Shown here: one piece after another, positions 10,654-18,425 of the stretch
Layout: every line of letters starts with the position of its first letter
Numbering within the stretch: the stretch's first letter is position 1
Assembly (NCBI GenBank): GCA_963744145.1
Contig: CAVUSO010000001.1
Span: forward strand, 7,360,001 to 7,424,000
Direction of reading: 5' to 3'
Length of the DNA: 64,000 nucleotides
DNA from: an uncultured cyanobacterium
GTDB taxonomy: Bacteria; Cyanobacteriota; Cyanobacteriia; Cyanobacteriales; CAWUOF01
Position numbers and translations under genes: made by a program
Notes under the pieces: generated by a model
The model's input: only the letters and a program-made list of their open reading frames with translations
Told to the model about the DNA's origin: nothing
Database searches by the model: none

Positions 10654-10849
10654 TTTCCCATCTAGCGATCATAGTTATCAATAGCGATCGCGACTATCTG
10701 GCCGTCTCTTGTTACTGGATGCGATCGTTAATCAATCAGAAAATGGGAGATAATGCGATCGCGAAAACTTGAAATATTCCTCTTTTTTAGCAGATATGCG
10801 ATCGCGTTCATAGGATAAGAAAACTACATAAATATGTGCTAATTTTTCT

Positions 10850-11750
10850 ATGCGTCGAGACTCAATCTTTTACAAACTCTTCCAACAGTCACCCACCCTA
10901 TTGTTCGACTTACTCCCAAATTCTCCTAGGAATGCCAACGAATACCGTTTTGACTCAGTAGCAGTCAAAGAACCAAAATTTGAGATCGATGGAGTATTTC
11001 TGCCACCAGATACGAGCAATGTAGGTATTATTTATTTCTGTGAGGTCCAATTTCAGAAAGATCAAAAGTTATATGAACGCTTATTCAGTGAAGTATTTTT
11101 ATACTTCTACCGGAATCGAAAGCGTTATGCTGACTGGCAAGCAGTAATAATTTATCCAACACGCAAGCTCGAACAGAATAATCTTCATCCCTATCGGGCA
11201 CTGCTCAACTGCGATCAGGTGCATCGAGTATATCTAAATAAACTAGGGGAGATGGGACAGTTACCTTTAGGGATAGCATTAATGCTCCTGACAACTGTCG
11301 AAGAAGAACAAGCAGTCTTAGAAGCACAATATTTACTGGTGCGTGTCCAACAAGAAATCACCGAGCCACAAACAAGTCGTGCCATAATAGAGCTGATCGC
11401 AACAATCATGGTCTACAAATTTACTAATTTAAGTAAACCGGAGGTTTTAGCAATGATCGGAGTGGAATTACAGGAAACTAGAATTTATCGTGAAATTAAA
11501 GAAGAAGGACGACTTGAAGGACAACAAGAAGGACGACTTGAAGGACGACTTGAAGGACGACAGCAGGAAGCTACTAATCTAGTTCTTCGTCTTTTGTTGC
11601 GTCGTGTGGGAGAGTTATCTGAAAGATCTCAGAGGACGCATTTCCCATCTACCCTTATCGGTGCTGGAAGATTTAAGTGAGGCGCTATTGGATTTTCATA
11701 GTCGGGATGATTTGTTAGCTTGGTTAGAGGTTCAATCCGGACAATCTTGA
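10850..11750 (+). pseudogene. Rpn family nuclease/putative transposase (DUF2887 + DUF4351), frameshifted near 11623
   Basis: MRRDSIFYKLF, IDGVFLP and FCEVQFQ motifs, EGRLEG repeats; removing one A at 11622-11624 restores the LEDLSEALLDF...LLAWLE DUF4351 tail ending TGA at 11750. Confidence 0.85.
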
Positions 11751-11766
11751 TTCTTCCTCTTTTTAT

Positions 11767-11806
11767 AACAGAGATGGGAACCAAGCTACCTTGGCGAAAA
11801 TAAGAG
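11767..11806 (+). repeat. 40-bp direct repeat, right copy
   Basis: AACAGAGATGGGAACCAAGCTACCTTGGCGAAAATAAGAG, exactly 2800 bp from the left copy. Confidence 0.9.
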
Positions 11807-11987
11807 ATACAATTCTAAAAAATTTTCCTCAAATCATCGACATAGTTCCGGTGAAACGTCTCTATTTATCATCTTTTATAGCGTCTTCCAGATGTCTGAA
11901 GTATAGCATAATCAGGCTATCCCCTGTAATTCATGCGATCGTAAAAATGGATAGTCAACGAATTTATAATCACAATCAACCAGGATT

Positions 11988-12047
11988 TGTAGGGGCAGGT
12001 TCACCAATCAATTCTGCTGCAAACCGATCACGATCATAAACCTGCCC
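11988..12047. repeat. GTAG-type REP-like hairpin
   Basis: GTAGGGGCAGGTTCA...TAAACCTGCCC, same family as 9097-9179. Confidence 0.6.
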
Positions 12048-12059
12048 AACCAACACAGA

Positions 12060-12449
12060 TCAATCACAAGCAACTTTCACCGATCGCCATTCACGCCAAA
12101 TCTTATGGTCAACCCATCCGACCCCACCGATCGACTCGCACAATGGAGAGAGCAAGAGACGGGGAACAGCAATCCAAGGTAAATTAGAGATAAAATTCTC
12201 TGACAAAAAATACAGCAAATGGGGAGTAACTGCCAAGGGGAAAGCCGCATAATCAGCTAAATTAAAATATTCAGGGAAATAATCGGCAAATTTAGATAAT
12301 TTCTCGATCGCTTCTTCATAATCGGGTTTTTCCCGATGTTGATCTAAGACTTCATCTAATTTCTCCCAAGATATATAATCAATTTCTAGCTCTAATGACG
12401 ATTCAGTGAAATTTGTCTCAGTAATTGGTTGTCCTCGCAGCGATCGCAC
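12060..12449 (-). pseudogene. Fragment of a cyanobacterial helical N-terminal module
   Basis: AAFPLAVTPHLLYFLSENF...PWIAVPRLLLSPLC resembles a module usually found at the N-terminus of much longer proteins; bounded by repeats on both sides. Confidence 0.45.
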
Positions 12450-12455
12450 AGATTG

Positions 12456-12538
12456 ACCTCTCCCCCAACCCCTCTCCTAAGAGGAAAGGGGAGTAAAAAT
12501 GATCTTTCTCCCTAGGGAAGGGGGTTGGGGGGTTAGGT
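12456..12538. repeat. C/G-rich palindromic dispersed repeat
   Basis: ACCTCTCCCCCAACCCCT...AGGGGGTTGGGGGGTTAGGT outer inverted repeat with internal hairpins. Confidence 0.6.
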
Positions 12539-12718
12539 TTTTCTTTCAGCCAAAAATAACTTATCCCCGTTTCATAAATTGGCACTACAGATGATCCGGG
12601 GACTATCTGTAGTCAGAATGGCAAGAATTTGTATTATCTTTTCATACTTTTTCAGTAAACCCTATCTATAAGGCTTTTCCCTATTCTCCCAGCTCAAAAA
12701 CTTTTTTGCCTTCAACCC

Positions 12719-12760
12719 TTGACAATCTTGTAGTATGTATGTAGTATATAAATGTAGGAC
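12719..12760 (+). promoter_or_regulatory. Sigma70-type promoter of the tRNA array with overlapping TGTAGTAT direct repeats (putative repressor operator)
   Basis: TTGACA 12719-12724, 17-bp spacer, TAGTAT 12742-12747; TGTAGTAT at 12729-12736 and 12740-12747; partial third copy TGTAGGAC at 12753. Confidence 0.75.
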
Positions 12761-12802
12761 GAAAGGGAAACCGCTAAAAAGCTGCAACCGGGAACTATCT
12801 GT

Positions 12803-12819
12803 ACATTGAAAACTGAATA
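12803..12819 (+). promoter_or_regulatory. boxA-like antitermination signal
   Basis: ACATTGAAAACTGAATA resembles the cyanobacterial rrn boxA context (ACCTTGAAAACTG) and lies just before the first tRNA. Confidence 0.5.
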
Positions 12820-12834
12820 ATGCTGAAAAACCAT

Positions 12835-12909
12835 AGCGGGATAGAGTAGTGGTCACTCACGAGTCTCATAAGCTCGTCTAGGAAGGTTCAAATCCTTCTC
12901 CCGCGTCCA
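12835..12909 (+). tRNA. tRNA-Met(CAT), partly initiator-like, CCA encoded
   Basis: Cloverleaf; anticodon arm CGAGT-CTCATAA-GCTCG; T arm GAAGG-TTCAAAT-CCTTC; 1:72 mismatch. Confidence 0.85.
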
Positions 12910-12914
12910 AATCT

Positions 12915-13003
12915 GGAGAGGTGGTCCGAGGGGTTTATGGCATCTGTCTGCTAAACAGAATCGGTTTTTAATACCGACACAGGTTCAAATCCTGTTCTCT
13001 CCG
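12915..13003 (+). tRNA. tRNA-Ser(GCT)
   Basis: Acceptor GGAGAGG/TCTCTCC+G73; TCTGT-CTGCTAA-ACAGA; long variable arm TCGGT/ACCGA. Confidence 0.9.
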
Positions 13004-13009
13004 CTTGAT

Positions 13010-13084
13010 CCCCCGGTAGCTCAGTTTGGTCAGAGCATCCGTTTGAAGCACGGAGGGTCGTCAGTTCGATCCTGACCTGGGGGG
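13010..13084 (+). tRNA. tRNA-Phe(GAA)
   Basis: CCCCCGG/CTGGGGG acceptor; TCCGT-TTGAAGC-ACGGA; GTCAG-TTCGATC-CTGAC. Confidence 0.9.
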
Positions 13085-13091
13085 TTGAAAT

Positions 13092-13163
13092 TGCCTCATA
13101 GCTCAATGGCAGAGCGAGCGGCTGTTAACCGTGAGGTTGTAGGTTCAAGTCCTACTGAGGCAG
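13092..13163 (+). tRNA. tRNA-Asn(GTT)
   Basis: TGCCTCA/TGAGGCA+G73; anticodon loop CTGTTAA; GTAGG-TTCAAGT-CCTAC. Confidence 0.92.
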
Positions 13164-13183
13164 TTTGGATTCGTTTAATAAAT

Positions 13184-13257
13184 TGAGGAGTCGCCTAATT
13201 GGTATGGCACCGCTCTTTGAAAGCGGAAAAGCGCAGGTTCGATCCCTGCCTCCTCAG
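13184..13257 (+). tRNA. tRNA-Gln(TTG)
   Basis: TGAGGAG/CTCCTCA+G73; CCGCT-CTTTGAA-AGCGG; GCAGG-TTCGATC-CCTGC. Confidence 0.9.
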
Positions 13258-13288
13258 TTTCTGGCATTGCTAGAAATTATCATAACTC

Positions 13289-13364
13289 GCTCCTGTAGCC
13301 CAATCGGAAGTAGGCGGCTGCCTTAAAACCAGTCTAGTGTGAGTTCGAGTCTCACGCCTGAGCA
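13289..13364 (+). tRNA. Degenerate tRNA-Leu(TAA), short variable loop, probable pseudo-tRNA
   Basis: Intact T arm GTGAG-TTCGAGT-CTCAC and loop CTTAAAA, but the acceptor stem has mismatches plus an extra base and the anticodon stem has a C-C mismatch. Confidence 0.6.
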
Positions 13365-13368
13365 TACA

Positions 13369-13442
13369 CGGGATGTAATTCAGTGGTCAAGAAGCCTTGG
13401 TTTGGGGCCAAGGAGTCGTTGGTTCAAATCCAACCATCCCGA
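13369..13442 (+). tRNA. tRNA-Pro(TGG)
   Basis: CGGGATG/CATCCCG+A73; CTTGG-TTTGGGG-CCAAG; GTTGG-TTCAAAT-CCAAC. Confidence 0.92.
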
Positions 13443-13446
13443 TTTT

Positions 13447-13520
13447 ACCCCTGTGATGTAATAGGAAAACATCACTTGTCGAGAACGAGTGTTTTAGAGG
13501 TTCAAGCCCTCTCAGGGGTA
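13447..13520 (+). tRNA. tRNA-Leu(GAG), short variable loop
   Basis: ACCCCTG/CAGGGGT+A73; ACTTG-TCGAGAA-CGAGT (C at position 33); AGAGG-TTCAAGC-CCTCT. Confidence 0.75.
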
Positions 13521-13564
13521 CTTGGCTCAAAGCCAATTTTTGCTACTCTCAGGAGTATTTATTG

Positions 13565-13639
13565 GGGTCGTTGGCAGAGCGGATATGTAGCTCCCTTTTA
13601 AGGAGACTGATCCAGGTTCAACCCCTGGGCGACCCACCA
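13565..13639 (+). tRNA. tRNA-Lys(TTT), CCA encoded
   Basis: GGGTCGT/GCGACCC+ACCA; CTCC-CTTTTAA-GGAG; CCAGG-TTCAACC-CCTGG. Confidence 0.85.
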
Positions 13640-13708
13640 ATTAGACACAGATCATCATAAAAAGGAGTAAAAAAATGTCTCAACGGCTAGAATTAAACAT
13701 ATCAAGAG

Positions 13709-14032
13709 ATGACTTTCGCAGTTGGAGCAAACCAAAATCTATCCTGTGAACTTTGCGAAAGAGAGATGGAACGTTTAACCGCCCATCACCTTATTCCCAG
13801 ACAAAGTACCAAACGCCAGAAAATAGAAACAAGTCCAACGATCGATATCTGTTCAGCTTGCCATCGCCAAATCCATGCTTTATTTGATAACAAATATCTC
13901 GCTAAAGAACTAAATACCCTAGAAAAGCTGAAGCAAGAACCGCAAATGCAAAAATTTCTTGCTTGGGTGAAAAAACAAGATCCGGGTAAGCGGGTAAGAG
14001 TTCATCGGCAAAATCAGAAAAATTTCCCTTGA
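13709..14032 (+). CDS. HNH endonuclease embedded in the tRNA array
   Basis: CELC...TAHHLIP...CSACHRQIH zinc-binding HNH pattern. Confidence 0.85.
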   Translation: MTFAVGANQNLSCELCEREMERLTAHHLIPRQSTKRQKIETSPTIDICSACHRQIHALFDNKYLAKELNTLEKLKQEPQMQKFLAWVKKQDPGKRVRVHRQNQKNFP

Positions 14033-14058
14033 ATAAATCTTTCATTCTTGCTATTGTT

Positions 14059-14133
14059 GCCCCTGTGATGTAATTGGAAAACATCACTCGCTTAGAACGA
14101 GTGTTTTTGCAGGTTCGATGCCTGTCAGGGGTA
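14059..14133 (+). tRNA. tRNA-Leu(TAG), short variable loop
   Basis: GCCCCTG/CAGGGGT+A73; ACTCG-CTTAGAA-CGAGT; GCAGG-TTCGATG-CCTGT. Confidence 0.85.
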
Positions 14134-14141
14134 TGATTAAC

Positions 14142-14209
14142 CTAAATGTGGTGTCAATGGCAAACGGTCTTGTCAACCGTCTATGCGATTTCAACCCTCA
14201 CCAGATCCA
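14142..14209 (+). pseudogene. Decayed tRNA remnant, probably Thr(TGT)
   Basis: Perfect anticodon arm ACGGT-CTTGTCA-ACCGT and a TTCAACC T-loop; acceptor, D and T stems eroded. Confidence 0.5.
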
Positions 14210-14359
14210 TGAATAGACCGGAACGATTACTAATCTGGTTGTATGAATATTTACCATTCCCCTTCAATAGTTCATGCGATCGCACATTCTCCTTAACCAT
14301 CAGTAAACTTACTCAGTTTATTAGTACCTATTTTGCTAGGATAAAAAATTTATGATTAC

Positions 14360-14375
14360 CGTGATGTAGCTCACA
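14360..14375. promoter_or_regulatory. Candidate CRP-family site
   Basis: CGTGA-TGTAGC-TCACA, 9/10 match to TGTGA-N6-TCACA, upstream of the HD-domain gene. Confidence 0.35.
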
Positions 14376-14567
14376 CTAAATCAATGATTAACCTGAACAT
14401 TCTCTTGGTATTATATCACATTTGGTAAGAGATTTACATCACTAAAATCCATCAATAATATCACAACTTACCCAGACCGACATCACCTAGATCAACTTGG
14501 CGATCGCCGATGCTATAATAAAATAAAAAAATAAATATCTGTACTAAAAATCAATTAGTCTAGTAAA

Positions 14568-15494
14568 ATGGCTAGTTATTCGCGGCAACTCTCGGCTCAG
14601 GTGAGAGGACTAATGATGTTTAATCCTACTGAAATATTAATTAGTGACTTCGTCCAACAGTTAAAAACTGGCTACCATCGCACTTATGGGGGCTACAAAC
14701 AAGACTATGCAGAAATTTTAGCCTGGGCGGGCAGCATGGCCCTAGAGAATATTGCCAATAGTGATGCTCTCTATCATAATGTTGAACATACAATTTTTGT
14801 GACCTTAGTGGGTCAGGAAATTTTGCGTGGTAAGCATATCCGTGAGGGTGGAGTTTCCTGTGAAGATTGGCTCTACTTTATCATTTCCTTGGTCTGTCAT
14901 GATATTGGTTATGTGAAAGGAGTTTGTCGCCACGATTTATCCGAAAATTCCTTATATGCTACGGGTGTGAATGGCACAATGGTTCGCTTGCCAGTTGGCT
15001 CAACTGATGCAAGTCTTACTCCTTATCATGTAGATCGGGGTAAACTTTTTATTGAAGAACGGTTCGGTGGTCATAAACTGATTGACGCGGAACAGATTAA
15101 GTATAATATTGAACTCACTCGTTTTCCAGTTCCAAATGATGAAGATCATCAAGATACCATCAATTATCCTGGTTTAGTTCGCGCTGCTGATTTAATCGGG
15201 CAACTCAGTGACCCACGCTATCTGCAAAAGATTAGTGCCTTGTTTTATGAATTTGAAGAAACTGGTACTAATAAAGTTTTAGGTTATAGTCATCCTGGAG
15301 ACTTGCGCCAAAATTATCCTAAGTTTTACTGGAATGTAATCTATCCCTATATTCAAAATTCTGTACCTTACTTAAATCTAACTCAGTGCGGTAAACAGAT
15401 TTTAGCCAATCTGTATGCGAATGTGTTTGCGGTGGAACATTCTCTCTTGGAAACAATGGTAATCCCTACTGCTAATCAAGCGATCGCTAATTAA
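14568..15494 (+). CDS. HD-domain metal-dependent phosphohydrolase (Npun_R2479-like); likely start MMFNPT at 14613
   Basis: DALYHNVEHT, CHDIGYVKG, PYHVDRG, RAADLIGQLSDP motifs. Confidence 0.88.
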   Translation: MASYSRQLSAQVRGLMMFNPTEILISDFVQQLKTGYHRTYGGYKQDYAEILAWAGSMALENIANSDALYHNVEHTIFVTLVGQEILRGKHIREGGVSCEDWLYFIISLVCHDIGYVKGVCRHDLSENSLYATGVNGTMVRLPVGSTDASLTPYHVDRGKLFIEERFGGHKLIDAEQIKYNIELTRFPVPNDEDHQDTINYPGLVRAADLIGQLSDPRYLQKISALFYEFEETGTNKVLGYSHPGDLRQNYPKFYWNVIYPYIQNSVPYLNLTQCGKQILANLYANVFAVEHSLLETMVIPTANQAIAN

Positions 15495-15524
15495 AGATTT
15501 TGGTAATTTTAACTAGGTTTTTAA

Positions 15525-15550
15525 TTGGGTGAAACTGCTTTTTCACCCAA
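15525..15550. terminator. Hairpin between convergent genes
   Basis: TTGGGTGAAA-CTGCTT-TTTCACCCAA. Confidence 0.55.
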
Positions 15551-15563
15551 ATGATATTTCTGA

Positions 15564-16064
15564 TTAGTTCAACCGCGCAGTACATTCCAAAAGTAGTTTT
15601 TGATTAATTAAAGCATAAGGTTGAATTTCTAAGGCTTGACGAAATGCTTGAATAGCACTCCGATAATCTCCCAATGCTGCGTAACATAATCCTAATCCGT
15701 GCCAAGCTCCAAAATGGATGGGATTGAGACGAATTACTTCTTGACAATCAGCGAGAGACTTGTTGTATTGCCCAGTAGTAAAATATAGTACCGCTCTGCG
15801 ATTCCAGACTTCAGCAAAATCAGGCATTTTGGCGATCGCTTCCGTTAGGAGTGCTTCTGCTTGAGTTATTTCTCCTGTTTCTACTAACGATTCAGCACGT
15901 CTGAGTAGTTCAAACCCAATTGCTCCCTTTTGCTGAAACCAGATCTGCCATAATTGGGATGTTGCCTGATTGCGGATTGTTTCATCAGGATCTTTGAGAT
16001 TTTCCAATAACTTAGGGATAGATGATTTATCCATATTTCTGTCGTTTTTACAGCCTAATATCAA
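15564..16064 (-). CDS. TPR repeat protein (likely start MDKSS at 16034)
   Basis: FAEVWNRRA and HFGAWHGLGLCY TPR helices. Confidence 0.85.
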   Translation of the reverse strand: MILGCKNDRNMDKSSIPKLLENLKDPDETIRNQATSQLWQIWFQQKGAIGFELLRRAESLVETGEITQAEALLTEAIAKMPDFAEVWNRRAVLYFTTGQYNKSLADCQEVIRLNPIHFGAWHGLGLCYAALGDYRSAIQAFRQALEIQPYALINQKLLLECTARLN

Positions 16065-18020
16065 TTATACATTTTTGCTGATCATGTTCCAATTGAGAGT
16101 CGATTTCAGATGGGAGCTATTTTTAGACATCTGCTCTAAATCCAGATTTTTGGGCGCTAAAAACTCTCCAGAGCCAAAAGACTGATCTGATGACAAATAA
16201 ATCGGAAATTCAATGATAAATTCTACTCCTCCTTGAGGTGGGGTTTGAATTAAAATTTGACCTTGATGTACTTTTACCACAATTTGATAACTAATCGCCA
16301 GTCCTAATCCTGTTCCTTTACCAATTGGTTTAGTCGTAAAAAATGGATCAAATATTTTGGATTTAATTTCCTCGGAAATCCCGACCCCATTATCAGCGAT
16401 CGCGATCCTGACCCAATCGTTTAATTTGGATACTATTTGCGTGGTAATGGTGATTTTTTTATCTGGTTTATCTCCAGCTTCTAAAGCATCAATTGCATTA
16501 CTCAGGATACTCATAAAAACTTGATTTAGTTGGCTATGGTAACATTCGATTAATGGTAAATCTCCATAATTTTTGATGACCTGAATGCGATCTTTCAGTT
16601 TATGCTGTAGGAATAATAAAGCATTATCTAAACCTTCATGTAAATTCGCTTTTTTATATTCTGCTTCATCTAAGCGAGAAAAATTTCGTAAGGATAAAAT
16701 CATCTGGCTAATCCGTTCAGAACCGATGTTGATCGAATTGAGCATCAGGGGTAAATCATTGGCAATATATTCTAATTCTATTTCAGTTTCAAAAGTAGTA
16801 ATTTCTGAATTTAGTCCAGCAAAATTGTCCCTATATAAATTTACCAACTGCATTAATTTTTCCACATATTCACGAACATAAGGTAAATTCCCATAAATAA
16901 AACTTACAGGATTATTGATTTCATGAGCTAGCCCAGCTACAATTAAGCCTAAACTAGACATTTTTTCGCTTTGTACTAATTGCACTTGAGTTTGTTTTAA
17001 GCTGGCTAAAGTTTGGTTGAGCTCTTCTGCTTGTTGGGAGAGAAGTTGAACTTGTGTTTGCGTTTTTTCAAATAACTGAATCTGTCTCCATGTACCGACT
17101 AGCGCGATCGCAATCAATATTCCTAAAATTGTGGCTAGAAAATTAAGAGAGTTGAGTTGGGATTCGAGATTTTCGCGGGGAATAACTAGAGCAATTGACC
17201 AGTCAGCTTCATCCAAAGGTGCATAAGCAACATATTGCCAAATTCCATCGATTTGAGCTAAGTCAATTCCTTCCTTTTTATTGACCATGTTCCGTGCGAT
17301 CGCTTGGAGAGCAGAATCTTTAGCTTCAATAAAACTAGAAGCAGGTTTTTCTAGAGTTCCCCTTAATTTTGGATCAGGATGGACAATTATCCTTCCTTCA
17401 GAATTAAGTGCAAAAGCATAACTACCTTTTCCTTGTTTAAGCTGATTCACCACCTCAACGACCCGATTGATTTTAATTGCACCACCAAGTACCATTTTGG
17501 GTTGAGCATTATTAATAATAGGGGCACTAATAATGATTTGGACAATTCCTGTAGTCCGACTAATCAGAGGATCAGAAACATAAACTTTTCCAGCTAGAGA
17601 TTTTTGAAACCAGACCCGATCCAAAATATTTTGACCAGGGGCAAAACCTACTTTAGTAGTAAAATAGGAACCATCAGAGTTAACATAGGTAATATGACTA
17701 TATTCTTGCAGACGTTCTACCTCTGATTTTAAATAAGGTCTAGCTCTTTCCCAATTCATAGATTGCACGATAGGAGAATGAGCAATCGTTTCTACTTCAG
17801 CTTTACGGGTAGCTAACCATTGATCAATATCATTAATACCTTGTTTAACTTCTAATAAAGCTTTTTCTCTTAAATGTCCCAAAATTAGCTCTCGGACAAT
17901 TTCATAACTGATTAATGCTATGGTACTAACTGCTAAAGTTGTTCCCACTAGAATTAAAAAAACTGCTAAATGACGTGATCGCGGCTTTTTTTGGTGGAGA
18001 ATTTGCCATAGAGAGGACAT
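16065..18020 (-). CDS. dCache-domain sensor histidine kinase
   Basis: Two TM segments around a Cache domain (YVSDP, IIVHPD); H-box AHEINNP, N-box NAIDA, DNGVGI, GTGLGL. Confidence 0.92.
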   Translation of the reverse strand: MSSLWQILHQKKPRSRHLAVFLILVGTTLAVSTIALISYEIVRELILGHLREKALLEVKQGINDIDQWLATRKAEVETIAHSPIVQSMNWERARPYLKSEVERLQEYSHITYVNSDGSYFTTKVGFAPGQNILDRVWFQKSLAGKVYVSDPLISRTTGIVQIIISAPIINNAQPKMVLGGAIKINRVVEVVNQLKQGKGSYAFALNSEGRIIVHPDPKLRGTLEKPASSFIEAKDSALQAIARNMVNKKEGIDLAQIDGIWQYVAYAPLDEADWSIALVIPRENLESQLNSLNFLATILGILIAIALVGTWRQIQLFEKTQTQVQLLSQQAEELNQTLASLKQTQVQLVQSEKMSSLGLIVAGLAHEINNPVSFIYGNLPYVREYVEKLMQLVNLYRDNFAGLNSEITTFETEIELEYIANDLPLMLNSINIGSERISQMILSLRNFSRLDEAEYKKANLHEGLDNALLFLQHKLKDRIQVIKNYGDLPLIECYHSQLNQVFMSILSNAIDALEAGDKPDKKITITTQIVSKLNDWVRIAIADNGVGISEEIKSKIFDPFFTTKPIGKGTGLGLAISYQIVVKVHQGQILIQTPPQGGVEFIIEFPIYLSSDQSFGSGEFLAPKNLDLEQMSKNSSHLKSTLNWNMISKNV

Positions 18021-18147
18021 TTTGCTATTTCCCGATTAAAGCAGGTATGATGATTCTCTCCGACATCATTCTACCTAGTCAACCAACCTTATGCCCAACC
18101 ACAACAGCCCCGTTTAGCTGCTAGCTTGCTTTATTCCCAATTCATAA

Positions 18148-18229
18148 TGCGGATGAAAGGACTTGAACCTTCACTCCTTTCAGAACCAGAACCTAAATCT
18201 GGCGCGTCTGCCAATTTCGCCACATCCGC
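18148..18229 (-). tRNA. tRNA-Leu(TAG), canonical long-arm housekeeping copy
   Basis: Reverse strand GCGGATG...CCAGA-TTTAGGT-TCTGG, long variable arm, GGTTCAAGTCC, CATCCGC+A. Confidence 0.95.
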
Positions 18230-18425
18230 ACACTTGATCTACTATAACATAAAACTACTGACGCGCAAGATATTTTCCCAAATTAGCCAAAAAAAAATAA
18301 TCAGGATAACTCCCAAATCATCTTGCTGTAGAATAAGGCTTATAATACTCTCAGTAAAAATTAGGGCAAGTTTAGCCCAGACAATTCAGTAAAAACAACC
18401 AACCAAAAGTACCTATTGACAGTAA

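Noticed and set aside
11791..12039. 82-aa ORF
   Set aside because: Starts inside the 40-bp repeat and runs through REP remnants; no protein-like motif
13383..13601. 72-aa ORF (also 12662-12856, 14146-14355 and 18126-18392)
   Set aside because: These overlap tRNA genes, a tRNA relic or the array promoter
18148..18229. Genomic island integrated at the housekeeping tRNA-Leu
   Set aside because: No duplicate of its 3' end and no integrase seen; the array Leu(TAG) is a different sequence
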